Shown here: positions 1 to 12,903 of the stretch, piece by piece
How the letters are laid out: each line of letters starts with the position of its first letter
Numbering within the stretch: the stretch's first letter is position 1
NCBI RefSeq assembly: GCF_030144855.1
Contig: NC_082718.1
Coordinates: 88,660,001 to 88,724,000 of the forward strand
Direction of reading: 5' to 3'
DNA length: 64,000 nucleotides
From: Hypanus sabinus
Lineage: Eukaryota
The notes under the pieces: generated by a model
Told to the model about the DNA's origin: nothing
The model's input: only the letters and a program-made list of their open reading frames with translations
The model's database searches: none
Translations under genes and position numbers: made by a program

Positions 1-50
1 TCATCCTGAACAGGAAGATTGGGTAAGATATCTTGAACATTCTCTCGGAA
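1..50 (-). CDS. SEC14L2: SEC14-like lipid-binding protein (SEC14L2/3/4 family), coding exon 2, truncated by the window edge
   Basis: The minus strand reads ttttttctctatgtctacag|TTC CGA GAG AAT GTT CAA GAT ATC TTA CCC AAT CTT CCT GTT CAG GAT, giving FRENVQDILPNLPVQD. This matches SEC14L2 FRENVQDVLPALPNPDD and joins exon 1 in phase 0. Confidence 0.9.
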
Positions 51-824
51 CTGTAGACATAGAGAAAAAATATAATATCAGACTGATATCACACTTATAA
101 CTGAAGTTATAAATGCACAACTATCAGCAGTATGTAATGTTTGCCAATACATGCAGAACTTAAAGTGCAGGACAAACTAGAGCAATGCTTCACAAGCACT
201 TGACCCTACCATATAGCTAATTCCATTAAACAGCATGCAAATAGGATCTCTTAAGCTTTGATAAATTGTTTTCTATCCATGCCATAAAGAGCTCTGTGTA
301 TTAGCACACCCACCTCTGTTTGGCAAGCACCACAAATATTTGGAATTTAAAAAAGTGCCCTATCATGGCCCTTAGGAAATACAGAACTTACCCTAAACTG
401 ATGATGTCCACATGTAGTGTATTTATTACCAGATGTAAAACAACAGTCATTAATGTGTGTTCTATTTGAAGTATGCATCTAAGTAAAACACTGGAATCTT
501 AAATTAATTAAGCACAAACCAGTTTGTTACAGTGAGAGACTAATGAAGATAAACTAGTGAGCGCAGATTTGTGAGAAGATTAAAGTCCAAATATTTCAGT
601 ACACTTGCAAATTTAATTACAAATTGGATTAATTCCTATAAGTTTTTGGGACATTTGTTATGGGTGGAGGGTGCATTTTCAAAATGTTCATGTTACCTTT
701 AGCTCAATGAAGAATTAGCTTTATTGTATAAAATTACATGCTGATTTTTTGTTACTGAAAACAGTTAAGGTTAAGGTCAGATAATATTTATGGAAAGAAA
801 AATCAATGATCATTTCAAGGCAAT

Positions 825-1053
825 TGCATATTTGATATTTCAGTAACATTTGAGTAATATTGTAAATATATTGTTGGATTGAGCATTCTTTGTTGTTTAC
901 ATAATTCATTACGGATTATATGTAAAAACACGTGAACAACATACGTTATTATGCCACCATGTCATAAGTGCGCACATCACTAAAGTGATAAAAGAAGTAG
1001 ACATGAATTTCCCAGCTCTACATTTTTATGTTCTGGAGTTACAAAATTTAACA
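825..1053. mobile_element. Solo LTR, 229 bp
   Basis: TG...CA termini flanked by a perfect 5-bp TSD GCAAT (820-824 and 1054-1058). Confidence 0.75.
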
Positions 1054-2395
1054 GCAATGAGCTTCTGACAGAGCGTTCAAAATTGAGCAAGTTGGTTAAT
1101 TGTTGAGCGACAATGTTAATGCTAATAATTATTACTGATAATAGTAAATAAAATTGATTTAACAAAACCTGATGACCTCCTCTATTTGAAAACTACACTT
1201 TCACATTTTGTTATTTTGAATTTAAATCAGCCCAGGTACTTCTGAATGATCAAAATTTCTTCCACGCTAATTGAAATTTCAGATACTTTTTGGCTTATGG
1301 CATACATGAGTAATAAAGACTGCAATGATTGGCTGTGCATGGAAAGGAAGCACCACTCAGATGCAGTGAGTAGCTCCAGGTACTCTAAGCTGATGTCTTT
1401 GAAGTGTAGGATGGACTGTACACCATACATGCTCATGTAGCACAAGCTCGAGGAGTTTTCAAGGCTGTCTAAAAGAAAAATGTTTCTTTCCCAACACTAT
1501 CATCTCTCACCGAGATCAGCATAAATAAAATGTGTTCCTTCAGCTAATTTTGTATATTTTGTTCAAGCAGATCTCCATGATTTCCGGGAGGTGCCAAAGG
1601 GCAAAGTTCACATTTTGCTATTCTGCACAACTACACTATCTTGTCACACAATTAAACGGAAATCTATTTCCCAGAATTCACAGTGGTGGAGATACCGGCG
1701 ATATCATAAATTCAGCTAATGTACTTGTCTGATATTTTATTTGTACAGTAAATCTGCACTTAGGTCCAGAAGAGTGTAGGGCTGAAGACACATCTTACCA
1801 TGGCAACAACAAATTTAAATTCAAATAATTAAATAAATCTGGAATAAAAAACTGATTTTAGATCTGTCGGCTGTGAAATCTTTTGGTTGTGTCATCTGAT
1901 AAAATTTAAAGAAAAGGAAGTCTGTCATTTCCACAACAGCATGCTTAACTCTTTGATGGACCTCACAAGCTCCTTTATCACCCAAAATGTATTTCATGAC
2001 AGATAATAAATGTTGACCCTGCTGGAAAATTATGTGAATTAAAATGTTGGAAACATGAATTACAGTTGTGTCATGCATGAAAAAAAAACACCAAGCAGCG
2101 TTCATTTGGGAAAGGCAAGTGTGCTTTTTGTGTTTTGCTCTTTGTGAATTCTACCACAGAGGGACAATATCACAATTGTAAGTTTGCTTGGAAACCTAGT
2201 GCTATTCCTTCAACTATGAATGAACAGTGTTGCCACACCATAGATGTTGAATACAACAACCTCCTGCAGTTATGGTCGACTACATAAGGCAAGCAGAGTA
2301 AGTGGTAGTGAGTATGGGAATCAGAGTGTAAAGATCAGATAAATGTATGCCTATTGCTTTAGTCTTCTGGATCAATGGGACCAGTTTAAAAGTTC

Positions 2396-2920
2396 ATAGT
2401 TCAAATTGTATTATCAAAGTACATTGTACTTTGTATTATCAAAGTACATATATATCACCATATACCATCCTGAGATTCTCTGCAGTACTCTGCAAATCTA
2501 TAGAATAAGAACTATAACAGAATCAATGAAAGATCAACTAGAGTGCAGAACACAACAAAATACAAATCAACAGTAATAAACAACTAGAACATGAGATAAC
2601 AAGATAAAGAGTCCTCAAAGTGAGATCATTGCTTGTGGAACATCTCAATGGATGGGCTAGTGAGTGTAGCTATCCCCTTTTGTTCAAGAGCCTGATTCTT
2701 GAAACGCATGGTGTGGGTGCTGAGGCTCTTGTACCTTCCACTTGGCAGCAGCAGCGAGAAAAGAGCATGGCCTGTTTGGTGTGGACCTTTGTTGATGGAT
2801 GTTGCTTTCCTATGGTCGATGTGCTCAACAGTTGAAGGGCTTCACCCATGATTTACCGGGTCAAATCCATGACATTTTGTAGGATTTTCCACTCAAAGAC
2901 ATGGGTGTTTCCATATCAGT
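2396..2920 (-). mobile_element. Rex1/Babar-type LINE 3' fragment
   Basis: Reverse-complement 3' UTR and tail (tcaaattgtattatcaaagtaca) plus degenerate RT C-terminus, similar to the copy at 60912-61390. Confidence 0.6.
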
Positions 2921-4915
2921 AAAGACAGGATGGGTTGCATCTAAACAAAAATGGGACTAATGCCCCAACAGTAAGATTTGCTAGTATTGTAGGGAAAAGT
3001 TTAAACAACTTGGTTGGGGAATGGACCAGAAAAGAGATGTAAAGTTGAGGAGATGGAGCAGTCAGAAATAGAAATTAAATTCAGTCCAGTAGTCAGGACA
3101 GTAATGAGGATGATAAGATTTATGGGAGAAATGAAAGACTAAATTGCATTTATTTTAATGTAAGCAATCTGATGAATAAATTAGGCAGAGATTGTTAACC
3201 AGCACATGGGTAGAATTTAGGTACAAAAAGGGAGGTCAGGTACCTAATAGAGGAGTAGATGGAAGAATAGTTACATAGATGAATTAGAGAGATGCAAGTA
3301 AGATTCAAGTAATAGTGGGTTTCAATATTGATTTTCAGTGTCAGAGGGGATGGATTTTTTAAACTACATCCAGCAAAGGTATTTGAGCCAGAACACAGAC
3401 CAAAAAAAGGGCTATTATTGCCAGGATAGAAATTGGGGGACCATTGGAAGCTGCAGGGCATGGCAGAGAGATGTTCCTGCCACTACTCCACCAACAGGAG
3501 ATGCACCAGGGCTAAGGGAACGAAACGTCACCGCCCTTGAGCTGGCTAATGGAGCCAGCTGGTGGTGTAGTGGCATCAGCACTGGACTTCAAGGCAGATG
3601 GTCCTGAGTTAAAACCCAGCTGGGTCCCAACTTGGACAGCAGTAGTATCTGCACGGAAGAAAGGTCTGGCAATCTACTTCCACATCTTGCCATGAAAACC
3701 ATGAGGTCATGAAGAGTCAGACTTGACTTAATGACTGAACAACACCAAAACCTGGCTAATGAGCCTACAGCTGACCCAAGGGCACTGTTGGAGGTGCAGC
3801 AAGCAGCGATGCCGAGCAGGAATCAACATCCTGTAAATCTCATTGACCAAATGGTAGAAATTATAGCCAGCTTATCTGAGACAGTGTCTATAGCTCAAAC
3901 ACTTTAAGTTAGCTATGGGACAAGACAAGGATCATTCAAAACTAAGGGCCTGGTTTGTGGAAGGCTGTTTGCCGAATAAAAAGATAGAACCCGGCAAAAG
4001 TAGATTGGGAAAAGCTATATACAGCAAGGTCTACTCTGATAGGTGGAGAGCATTTATATGCAAAATTACAAGAATTCAAGGCCAATGTGCTCCCAGAAAG
4101 ATGAAAATACAGGGAACCCTAGACATCAACGGATATCAAAATCTGGAAAACGAAACACTTGGAAGCATATAACAGGAATGAGAACTGAAAACAGAGGAGA
4201 CCCTCCATGAGAACAGACACAATAAAAGGTCAGGGCAGCAAACAGGGTGCATAAATTATCATATTGAACAGAATTAAGAAAAAGTACAAACAAAGGTATA
4301 ATTAAGGCCAAATTGGGTAAACAGGGAATGAGAAGGGCACATTAGAGACCAAAGCAATAATCTGTGTGTAGAGTTCAGAAGACATACTTCTGGTGAAGTT
4401 GTAAATGAATACCTGTCATGTTTACTCACTATGGAGAAACACAATGCAACTCGAGAATTCAGTGACAGGAAGAGTGAAATTCAAAATGTTAGCATTAAAA
4501 AGGAGGTATTAGGTGTCTGGTGTGCTTAAAGGTGACCAAATCCCCAGGGCAAGGGTAGAGATTTTGTGGGTCCTGATTGAAAATTTTAAATCTTTGCTAG
4601 ACACAGATTTCAAATGACCAGAGGATAACAAATGTACTACACTTATTCTAGAAGGGCCACACAGACAAGTCTGGTAACTACAGGCCTGAGAGCTCAACGT
4701 CAGAACTGAAGCAGTTATTAGAAATGGTCTGTGGGACAGGATTAGTCTACACATGGAAAGACAGGATTAATTAATTATGGTCAGCGTGGTTGAGCTATGG
4801 GTAGATCCTGTCTGACAAAGTTGACTGGATTTTTTGAAAAGCTAACAAATTAAATTGATAATGCATTTGAAAGCATACCTAGACATAAGTAAAGTCTTTG
4901 ACAAGACCCCATAAG
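2920..4915 (+). mobile_element. Degenerate CR1 LINE (ORF1 end, endonuclease and start of RT), interrupted by a SINE
   Basis: Remnants resembling DGLHLN (ORF1), LNCIYFN (EN start), GNYRP.SL and the GRSCLT.L..FFE RT motif near 4800, with many stops and frameshifts. Confidence 0.65.
3553..3745 (+). mobile_element. tRNA-derived SINE with RTE-type 3' tail
   Basis: A-box-like tggtgtagtgg and B-box-like gagttaaaacc, with a tail catgaggtcatgaagagtcagacttgacttaatgactgaacaac that resembles RTE/BovB 3' ends. Related heads lie at about 16925, 18012, 32346 and 32606(-). Confidence 0.7.
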
Positions 4916-5557
4916 AGGCTATTTACAGTCATTCTGAGACTGAACAGATTTGATACTGCTTCCCCATATCAGCTGGTGGAAATCTTGCTAGTAAATCAGA
5001 AGGTTGCCGCTCAGTGTGGTACACTCAAAGATGAAAGAAATGAAGTCCACCCTACTTTTTCAGCTGGACAGAAAAGTCCAGGACAATTCTTAATGAACAA
5101 GAGTTATCCCTTGTTTCCTGTCTAATACTTATCCCTATTTCTTATTTAATAATTTCCCATTCTGGATCTATAAAGTACTTACTATTATTATTTTACCATT
5201 GCTAAAATAGTCTATTTTAAAAGAAGCCATTTTAAAATTCACCCTACTCAAAAACAAAACACCTGTCATTATGTGAACACTTATTTTAAAAAATACATAA
5301 AATTTACTTGTTTTCTAAACTAATCACTTATAATTTTAAGGAGTTCATGAATATTTTAATGATTTTTTTGGCGTGGATTCTTCAGGATACAGTCATAACA
5401 CTGGCTGTCGGCTAGTTCACTCTGTGACAGTGGTCAAAGAATTGTCAAATATACAAGTTAGATAGTATTATAGACTTTGGGTAAAGCTATAGAACAAAAT
5501 CGCTGTTTTTTCTTACAGGAATCACAACAGAGTTGTGAATCACCCCAGGAAATTCTG

Positions 5558-5641
5558 ATAAGTTTGTAATCCCTTTATTAATATATCAATTGTATTTTGT
5601 ACATATTATTAATGATAATAAAAAGATTGAAAAAGAAAGAA
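5558..5641 (+). mobile_element. Heavily 5'-truncated L1-like insertion
   Basis: Ends in aataaaaagattgaaaaagaaaga and is flanked by the direct repeat AGGAAATTCTG (5547-5557 and 5642-5652). Confidence 0.6.
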
Positions 5642-6809
5642 AGGAAATTCTGGTATGCTATAATTACTAGTCCAGATCATTTGGTCACACTATCTTGGAA
5701 ATGGCATAGAGTGCACCATAAGGTCTTTTTAGGCAATCCCTCAAGATTGAGTTTTGTGAGATAGGAGATGACTGGTAAGCACTAAAAGGGAATTGCCACC
5801 CATGGGGCAGATGGCATTTGATGGTTTTTATATTATTTATACCTTCTATTGTTGTGTGCACATTTGTTCCTTGTTCGCCCGTCACAGAAATTCAAGGCAC
5901 TCAGTATGTTCACATATATATCCCTTTTCCATGATGAAACTTTTATGTAGTTACAGGTCAAGATCAAGGTTTTACAATTGTTTCAAGGGGATTTTGAGAA
6001 CATCCTTGAATTAATTTTCCATTCTGGGAAGTTCTTGCTGTGATGAAACTTAAAGTAAAATGCTTTTTCAAGATGGTACTGAGCTGTGGTCTCCATTGAG
6101 GTTATGGCTCAAATTTAGTTGCTTTTGTTTGGTTTGTAGGATTGGTTTTTGGGGACAGAAAGGAGGTTAAGGTTTAGGGACAGGGATGTGGGGAAATTAG
6201 AAGTCAGGTCAGAATCTAAGCCTCCACTCTGCACTCAAAGGCCAGCAATGTGGATGTGGGACATCCGTAGTCAGATACTGGGCTGGCTGACCAACGTGGA
6301 CGAGAGTCAACGATTTGTCGGCAAGTTCTGGAGTCGGAGTTCAATGCGGACAGGAATAACCAGGTCCGAAGTCTTCCCTCCACCCCCACCAGGTATGCAA
6401 ATTGGGGAGATCGGAGCTCAAGACCTAAACTCAGAGGGTCCTGTCATCCGCAAGTCTGAAGTTCGAGGCCTAGTGTTTGCAACGGGGTCCTGGGGACAAT
6501 GCTGAGAATAGAGGTTCGAGGGTCAAATCAGAACTTCAGAAATCAAGGCCAATAGGCTGGAGCATGAGTTTGCTAATCTCTGCAAGTCTGATGGGGAGGT
6601 CAAAACCTGTCAGCAAATCTGTGTCCAAGTCTGCTGCAAGCTGCAAACAACCTGTTCTGGGATTGGAGGGCTGTTTTGTCTTTGTTGTTTTGTCACTTGT
6701 TGTGCTCTATGTTGTTCTGCCATGCATTGTGGGCATGCTGTGTTGGTACCAGAATGTGTGGCCACACTGGCATGGCTGCCTCCAGCACATTTTTAAATCC
6801 CACTTAAGG

Positions 6810-7050
6810 GGAACAGAAGGGGAAACTTCTTCACTCAGAGGGTCGTGGGTGTGTGGAATGAGCTGCCAGCACAAGTGGTGTATGGGAGCCCAATTTCACC
6901 ATTTAAGATAAGTTAGAATAGGTACATGGGTTGCAGGGATATGGAGGTCTATGGTCTCAGTTCGGGTTGATGGGAGTAGGCAGTTTAAATGGTTTCAGCA
7001 TGGACTAATTGGGCTGAAGGGCCTGTTTCTGTGCTGTACTCTATGACACA
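6810..7050 (+). mobile_element. CR1 LINE 3' end
   Basis: Typical 3' terminus gggctgaagggcctgtttctgtgctgtactctatga. Confidence 0.7.
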
Positions 7051-7857
7051 TTTCACATATATTCTGGCTGTACATATATTCTGATGTACATGCAATAAAT
7101 TAATTTGAATATTGAATCTTAGTTTGGAAGTCTGCTGTCATGGTTTAGCCAGTGCAACCAAAAAAAACCCACCACAAGAGCCTCACTGCTGAAGCTGCTT
7201 TCCCTAACCTATGAGAGAATTTGTAAAATTATGCACAGTCAGCACAAGTGCTTTAAGGTTCCTACTGTCCATTGTCTATGCCACCGAAGCAGTCAGTAGA
7301 CCACAATGCTTGACCTTTGAAAGCATGTCCTTGACTGACTGCTGAGAATGATGAATTTCGTCATCAGTTGAAAAGACCACATTAACAGATAACTCCCAAG
7401 ATTGGAAAGTACCCCATGTCTTTGAGTCTCATCATCTAATCCAATTACTGGGTGACAGGTTTGCCTGGTGAGGGCAAAATACTGAAGATCTCTGCCTTTT
7501 GAATGTTTAATGCAAGATCCATCCTCTAGTTTGTTTCACTGAAGGAGCTAACAATGCCTCAGCCAGGTCTCCAAATGTGCACATGCACAAACTTTGTCTA
7601 TGAGCTGTAAAGCAATGACTGGATTTGAGGTGATTTTTGCTTTTGGAGCCTAAATGTGGGGTTTCCAGTTCACCCTGTAGACCAACTGCACTCTAAGGGA
7701 AGTTTGTGGGAGGTAGTGTTGTGCAGTAATTCTGGTGGAGAGAATCCTATTACATCTCAAAACCTGTGCCATCAGCTGGACATCTTCAATTCTCACTACT
7801 GCATCGAAGGTTCCCAACTGCTTCAAAAGGACATCAATCATGAAGAGCAGGGTGAGT

Positions 7858-9480
7858 GAGCTTCCTTAACAGCTATCGCCTAGTAGCACTCACATCTATC
7901 ATGATGAAGTGCTTTGAAAGGTTAGTCATGGCTCGAGTTAACTCTTGCCTGAATAAGGATCTGGATCTGCTGCAATTTACCTACCGCCACAACAGCTCTA
8001 CAATGGATGCGATTTCATTGGTTCTCCACTTGCCCTTGGACCACCTGGCAACATCAGGCTGTTATTTATTGATTATGCCCCAGCATTCAAAACTAGCATC
8101 CCCTCAGTACCTCCCTCTGCAACTGGATCCTTGACTTCCTTATCAGGACACCGCAGTGCGGATGGGAAATAACATCTCCTCCTCGTTGACGGTCAACACC
8201 GGCACTCCTCAAGGATGTGTGCTTAGCCCACTGCTCTATTCTCTCTACACCAACAACTGTGGCCAGGCACAGCACCAACACCATCTATAAATTCACTGAT
8301 GACTCAACTGCTGCTGGCAGAATCTCAGGTGATGACAAGGAGGCATGCAGGAGGGAGTTAGATTGGATGGCTCACTGGTGTCGCAACCACAACTTCCCAC
8401 TCAGCATTGGTAAGACGGTACACCATGGTAGTGTAGCTGTTAGCTCAGGGCGTCAGAATTCGGAGTTCAACTCCAACGTCATCTGTAAGGAGTTTACCTC
8501 CTCCCCAAAGAATGCACAAGTTTTCTCTGGGTGCCTCTAGTATGAAAGATGTACTGGTTAGTAGGTTAATCGGTCACTGTAAATTGTCCCGTGATGAGGC
8601 TAGGGTTAAATCAGGGGATTACTGGGCGGTGTGGCTCAAAGCGCCAATTCCACGATGGATGGATGAATAAATAAAAGACCAAGAAATTGACTGTAGACTT
8701 CAGTAAGGGAAGACACACCAATCCTCATTGAAAGATCAGCAGTGAAAAGGGTGAGCAGCTTTGAGTTCTGGGAGTCAACATCTCAGAGGATCTTTCCTGG
8801 GCCCAACATATTGATGCAATCATGAACAAGGCACGACAGTAGCTATATGTCATAAGGAGTATGAGGAGATTTGGTATGTCACCATAGACTTGAGCAACTC
8901 TCTACAGCTGCATTCTGAATGGTTGACTCACTGAATGACATGGAGGTTCCAATGCAGAGGAGCAAAAAAAAAACTGCAGAGGACTGTAGACTCTGCCAGC
9001 TCTATCATGAGCACCAGCCTCCCCACCATACAGGCCACCTTCAAAGGTAATACACACAGCGGGAGGAACAGAGCAGCTCAGGCAGCGTCCATGGATGGGA
9101 ATAAACAAACAGTAGATGTTTGGGACCGAGACCGGAAAGGAAGGGGAAAGATGCCAGAATAAGAAGGTGGGGGGAGGGGAGGAAGGGGTGGTGTGCCTCG
9201 AGCATCCGTTGTTACAGACGGTCAGCATCCAAGAGAATATCCTTTCCTCATTACTACTGTCAGGAGGGAGGTACAGGAGAGCCTGAAGGTGCACACTCAG
9301 TATTTTAGGAACAGCTTCTTCCCTTCCACGATCAGATTTTTGAACAGTCCATGAGCGCTACCTCAGTATTTTGTTCTCTGCTTTGGACTATTTTATAAAT
9401 TTCTTATTGTAACATATTGAACTGCTGCAAAGTAACTAATTTCATGACATATGCCAGCGGTAATAAACCTGATTCTGACT
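7858..9480 (+). mobile_element. Rex1/Babar-type LINE (RT remnant) with nested SINE (about 8417-8675) and Penelope fragment (about 9050-9190)
   Basis: YRLVALTSIMMKCFERLV, TGTPQGCVL and IYKFTDDS motifs, with a 3' tail aataaacctgattctga. Confidence 0.85.
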
Positions 9481-9526
9481 TATGAACAGTTTTCTTCATT
9501 TCGAATTTCTGATATTTTATGATACC

Positions 9527-9701
9527 TGTGGTATATACCTGTCTGGACACGTCCCCCGCTGACTGTTCCTGTGACTCCTCCCACAGACCCCTGTATAAAG
9601 GCGATTGGAGGCACTGCTCCTCCCTCAGTCTCCAGGATGTTGTGTGGTGGTCTCTTGCAGCTAATAAAAGCCCGTCTCCGAGAGTTATTGATGGTGCATC
9701 A
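9527..9701 (+). mobile_element. Short solo LTR, 175 bp
   Basis: TG...CA termini with a perfect 5-bp TSD ATACC (9522-9526 and 9702-9706), an internal TATAAA (about 9594) and AATAAA (9663). Confidence 0.8.
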
Positions 9702-10335
9702 ATACCATAACCAAATATCTTTAGAATTTCTTAAGTAATGACATACCAATCGACACAACGAAAATTGAGCAGCATTGATTGCACGGCTAGAGGCGATACT
9801 TTCTACAACAAGGACAATAAATTAATTCCGTAAAGCCACATTTGAAAGTGAAGGGATAGCCATGATCTTCGATCGCCTTCAAGCTAGTCTCATTTCCAAA
9901 ACTTCCAGTTCAGATCTCAGCACTGGAAAGCAACGCCATCTCGGAGGTTATGAAAAGCGGAGTGTGTGCAAACATTTGAATGTCATTCTATGACCACGGA
10001 TGACCTGAAGTAACTTTCGCCCTTGCGTTTTGCTCATGAATTCTTCTACCTCGCAACCGGGTTTAGTAATCTTAATCTGACTGATGTAGTATTGAACTCT
10101 GCACGCACAACACTTTCAATCTTAATACTGTCCTCGGTTTACTTTCCATTCCTACAAGGCCTGGGGATCACAGCCGGCATACATCTTCCTAGTTCAATTA
10201 AGGGGTGAGCCAAAAGGTCCCTAACCCCGCGTGAGAGAATCTAATCTTGGGTTATACATACAATATAAACCCCGTCCTGACCGAAGCTGGTTGGCTTGAT
10301 TCATCTCTGACCTGCACTCTGCTTCATCCGCTTAC

Positions 10336-10389
10336 CTTAGCGAGAGTTTCCGCTTGCTTGGGACTTAGGTCGCCGACTCTGCCGCTCAT
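10336..10389 (-). CDS. SEC14L2: SEC14-like protein coding exon 1
   Basis: ATG AGC GGC AGA GTC GGC GAC CTA AGT CCC AAG CAA GCG GAA ACT CTC GCT AAG|gtaagc gives MSGRVGDLSPKQAETLAK, the diagnostic SEC14L2/3 N-terminus. The exact paralogue cannot be resolved. Confidence 0.93.
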
Positions 10390-10800
10390 TGCAGCTTCTG
10401 TGGTTGAACTGACAACACGCTTCTGGGTGAAAATGTTGCTACGCTTCGCCTCGCCCTTGACGCATCGCACCGCCTCTCCAACCTATTCCTCCCTCTGCTG
10501 GTCTGACCCGAGTGTTTATATAAATGAAAACGTCATGCTGGATTTCTCAGAAAACAGAATCTGTTCCAAAACACAAACAGTGCCATCTATTTAAACTGAA
10601 AAGATTGTTAAAGCTACAATTATATCACACGGCGGGAGAAGAAGAGCCTTCAGTGTTTCAAAGCGAAATGCACGAAGCTCAAGTGCAAATATCGCGCCGA
10701 ACTATTTAATAACAAGCAGTCAGCTTCCACAAACACGCTGGTGACACCCGGCTGTTCGGCGCTACCGTTTCCTTCAAGCCGCCGCTTCTCCGCTTGTCCA
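10390..10800 (-). promoter_or_regulatory. SEC14L promoter and 5' UTR with candidate TATA box
   Basis: CpG-enriched, with a palindromic TTTATATAAA at 10515-10524, about 125 nt upstream of the ATG. Confidence 0.55.
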
Positions 10801-11754
10801 AACCGGGATGAAATGCAATTACCTAATAAGGGAATAACGAAGTAATTGCCTTCGTATCACAACATAAAACGCTGTATCACTGAAGTTAACTGTTTCTTCC
10901 ACCACAACGTCTACCTCTTTCATTTCGATTGGGTATATCTACCTTTGAAAGTCATCTCCATTTCCCGTCCCGTTTGACTATTACAATGCTCATACACTCT
11001 GCACCAAATCCCTGTGGGTTCACCACCCCAATACCTGACTCGCATTTCTTCCGTTTGCCATTTAAAGTACGCAATTTACATATCGAAGTACCCTCTGCAA
11101 ATCTATCCACTTTTCACGTCAGTCCTCTCCTTAAACCCTACTTTTAGAACAAGTCTTAGTTCCGCCCTTTGTTGATTATACATCGCAGAATCAGATTCCG
11201 GTTTAATATCACCAGCATACGTCGTGAAATTTGTCAACTTTACGGCAGGAGGACAATGCAATACATAATAGAGAAGAAACAGAATTACAGTATATTTATA
11301 TATAATTTAACTATATATAATAGTTATATTAAACATGTAGTGCAAAAATAGATATAAAAAAGTAGTGCGTTCATGTTCATGTGTTCCATGTCCATTCAGA
11401 AATGTAATGGCAGCGGCGAAGAAGCTGTTCCGGAATCGTTGAGTGATCCGAGTCTTGGATCACTTTGGTTCACAGAATGAGTAATTGTTAACATCAGTTG
11501 TGGCATTGTTGTGGGCTACCATTGCATATTGTCTAACCTGAAGTAAATAGATGTGTGCTGTGGTGCAAAACGAAAGCGCTCGTTTATTCTTTCACGTATG
11601 GGGTGGGGTCATTTCCCCGTCCATCTGGGTGACCCAGCTGTCCAAGTGGGAGTCTGTAAATGTTATTAGTACCAGTGTTGAAAGGTTTCTCACAAAGCAA
11701 AACATTTATGCTGACTTTGGTTCGCAGTTTTGGCAAATGATTCCATGTGTTGGT

Positions 11755-11900
11755 TTAATGACTAGCGCAACGCTTTACAGTACCAGCAACCCGGGTTCAA
11801 TTCCCGCCCCGTGAAAGCATGGGTTTTCTCCGAGTGCTCCAGTTTCCTCCTACAGTCTAAAGAACTACCGGTTGGTCATTGTAAGTTGTCCCGTAATCAT
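11755..11900 (+). mobile_element. tRNA-derived SINE (HE1-like shark/ray type)
   Basis: B-box gggttcaattccc and body gggttttctccgagtgctccagtttcctcc. Related copies lie at about 8417, 35120, 61955, 27590(-) and 47300(-). Confidence 0.65.
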
Positions 11901-12699
11901 ATAAAATAATGAAATAAACATATTGATTAAAGTTAAACTCTCTGTATATATCTTTAAACATTAGCAGTTCTTCGATGGTGTACTGCAACTGGCCTATATT
12001 GTATTTCCATTTTTTTGCCTTTTGTTACCCTTCATACACTGTATCAGCCCCACTCCCAGCCCCAAAGTGGCTTGAGACGTGCCAGGCTCATCCTTTCTCT
12101 TCGTGGAAATCTGTTTCCTCTGAGCCTCCTGACACCATTCCCCAAAGATCTACAATAATGTTTTAAGTTACATGTCCCAATTTAGTTTATTTAGCTTAAA
12201 TATTATTTTCTTTCCTAATTTTTTTTTGCCCTAGTTCGGAGACCATGTTTTCCTCATCAATATCTGATACATTCTGAAAACGCTCCCTTAGTTCCCCCAT
12301 AAAATCTGCAGACGCGTTATAACAAAAAAAAAATTATGTGAGACTAATGAAATCAAATAGATTAAACAAAATCAGAAAACGCTGGAAACCCTCAGCCAGG
12401 TGAGCTGCATCTGTGGCAAGAGAATCAGATCTAATGGTTAGTTCCACTTTGTTTCCTCCCTGACAGATGCTGCCTGACCTGCTGACTTGTCCAGCCGGCA
12501 CCTTCCCCTTTTGTTTCAGTTGTGGCATTGCCGAGCGAGCAGGTGAAACTCTATCGCTTTTCGAGGCCAAATTCTTTATCGCACCTTATAGTGAGGCGTT
12601 GCAAAGACTTTGATCACTTGCCTCCAAAGGATGTCCGTAATCCGGCACACACCTGCCAGGCAAAATTAAGACATCTTAATATTTATTTATTTGCGGGTC

Positions 12700-12903
12700 T
12701 CTGATTCCAACAAAAGACTAATTTGACCTCGGGGGGACCTTTATCTTCCTTGACCTCGCTAAAGCTCCCTTCGAGAGACCGGCCCCGGGAAGCTCAGGCT
12801 GCCGTCGCCCCGGTAACCGCCGATTCCATCCGGTATCAAGCGCCGGTAACCCGGAAAGCGATGCGCTTTGATTGGCAGGCGACCTGTTTTGGGCGGAGGG
12901 AAG
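12700..12903 (+). promoter_or_regulatory. RNF215 CpG-island promoter and 5' UTR
   Basis: High CpG density, reverse CCAAT (ATTGG 12871-12875), GC box GGGCGG (12891-12896), duplicated CCGGTAACC and an ETS-like CCGGAA. Confidence 0.7.

Noticed and set aside
3555-3625. tRNA genes (also about 16925, 18012 and 32346)
   Set aside because: A and B boxes are present, but there is no complete cloverleaf and SINE bodies follow.
6149-6911. ORFs of 118 and 144 aa
   Set aside because: They span a patchwork of repeat fragments ending in a CR1 3' end and have no protein motifs.
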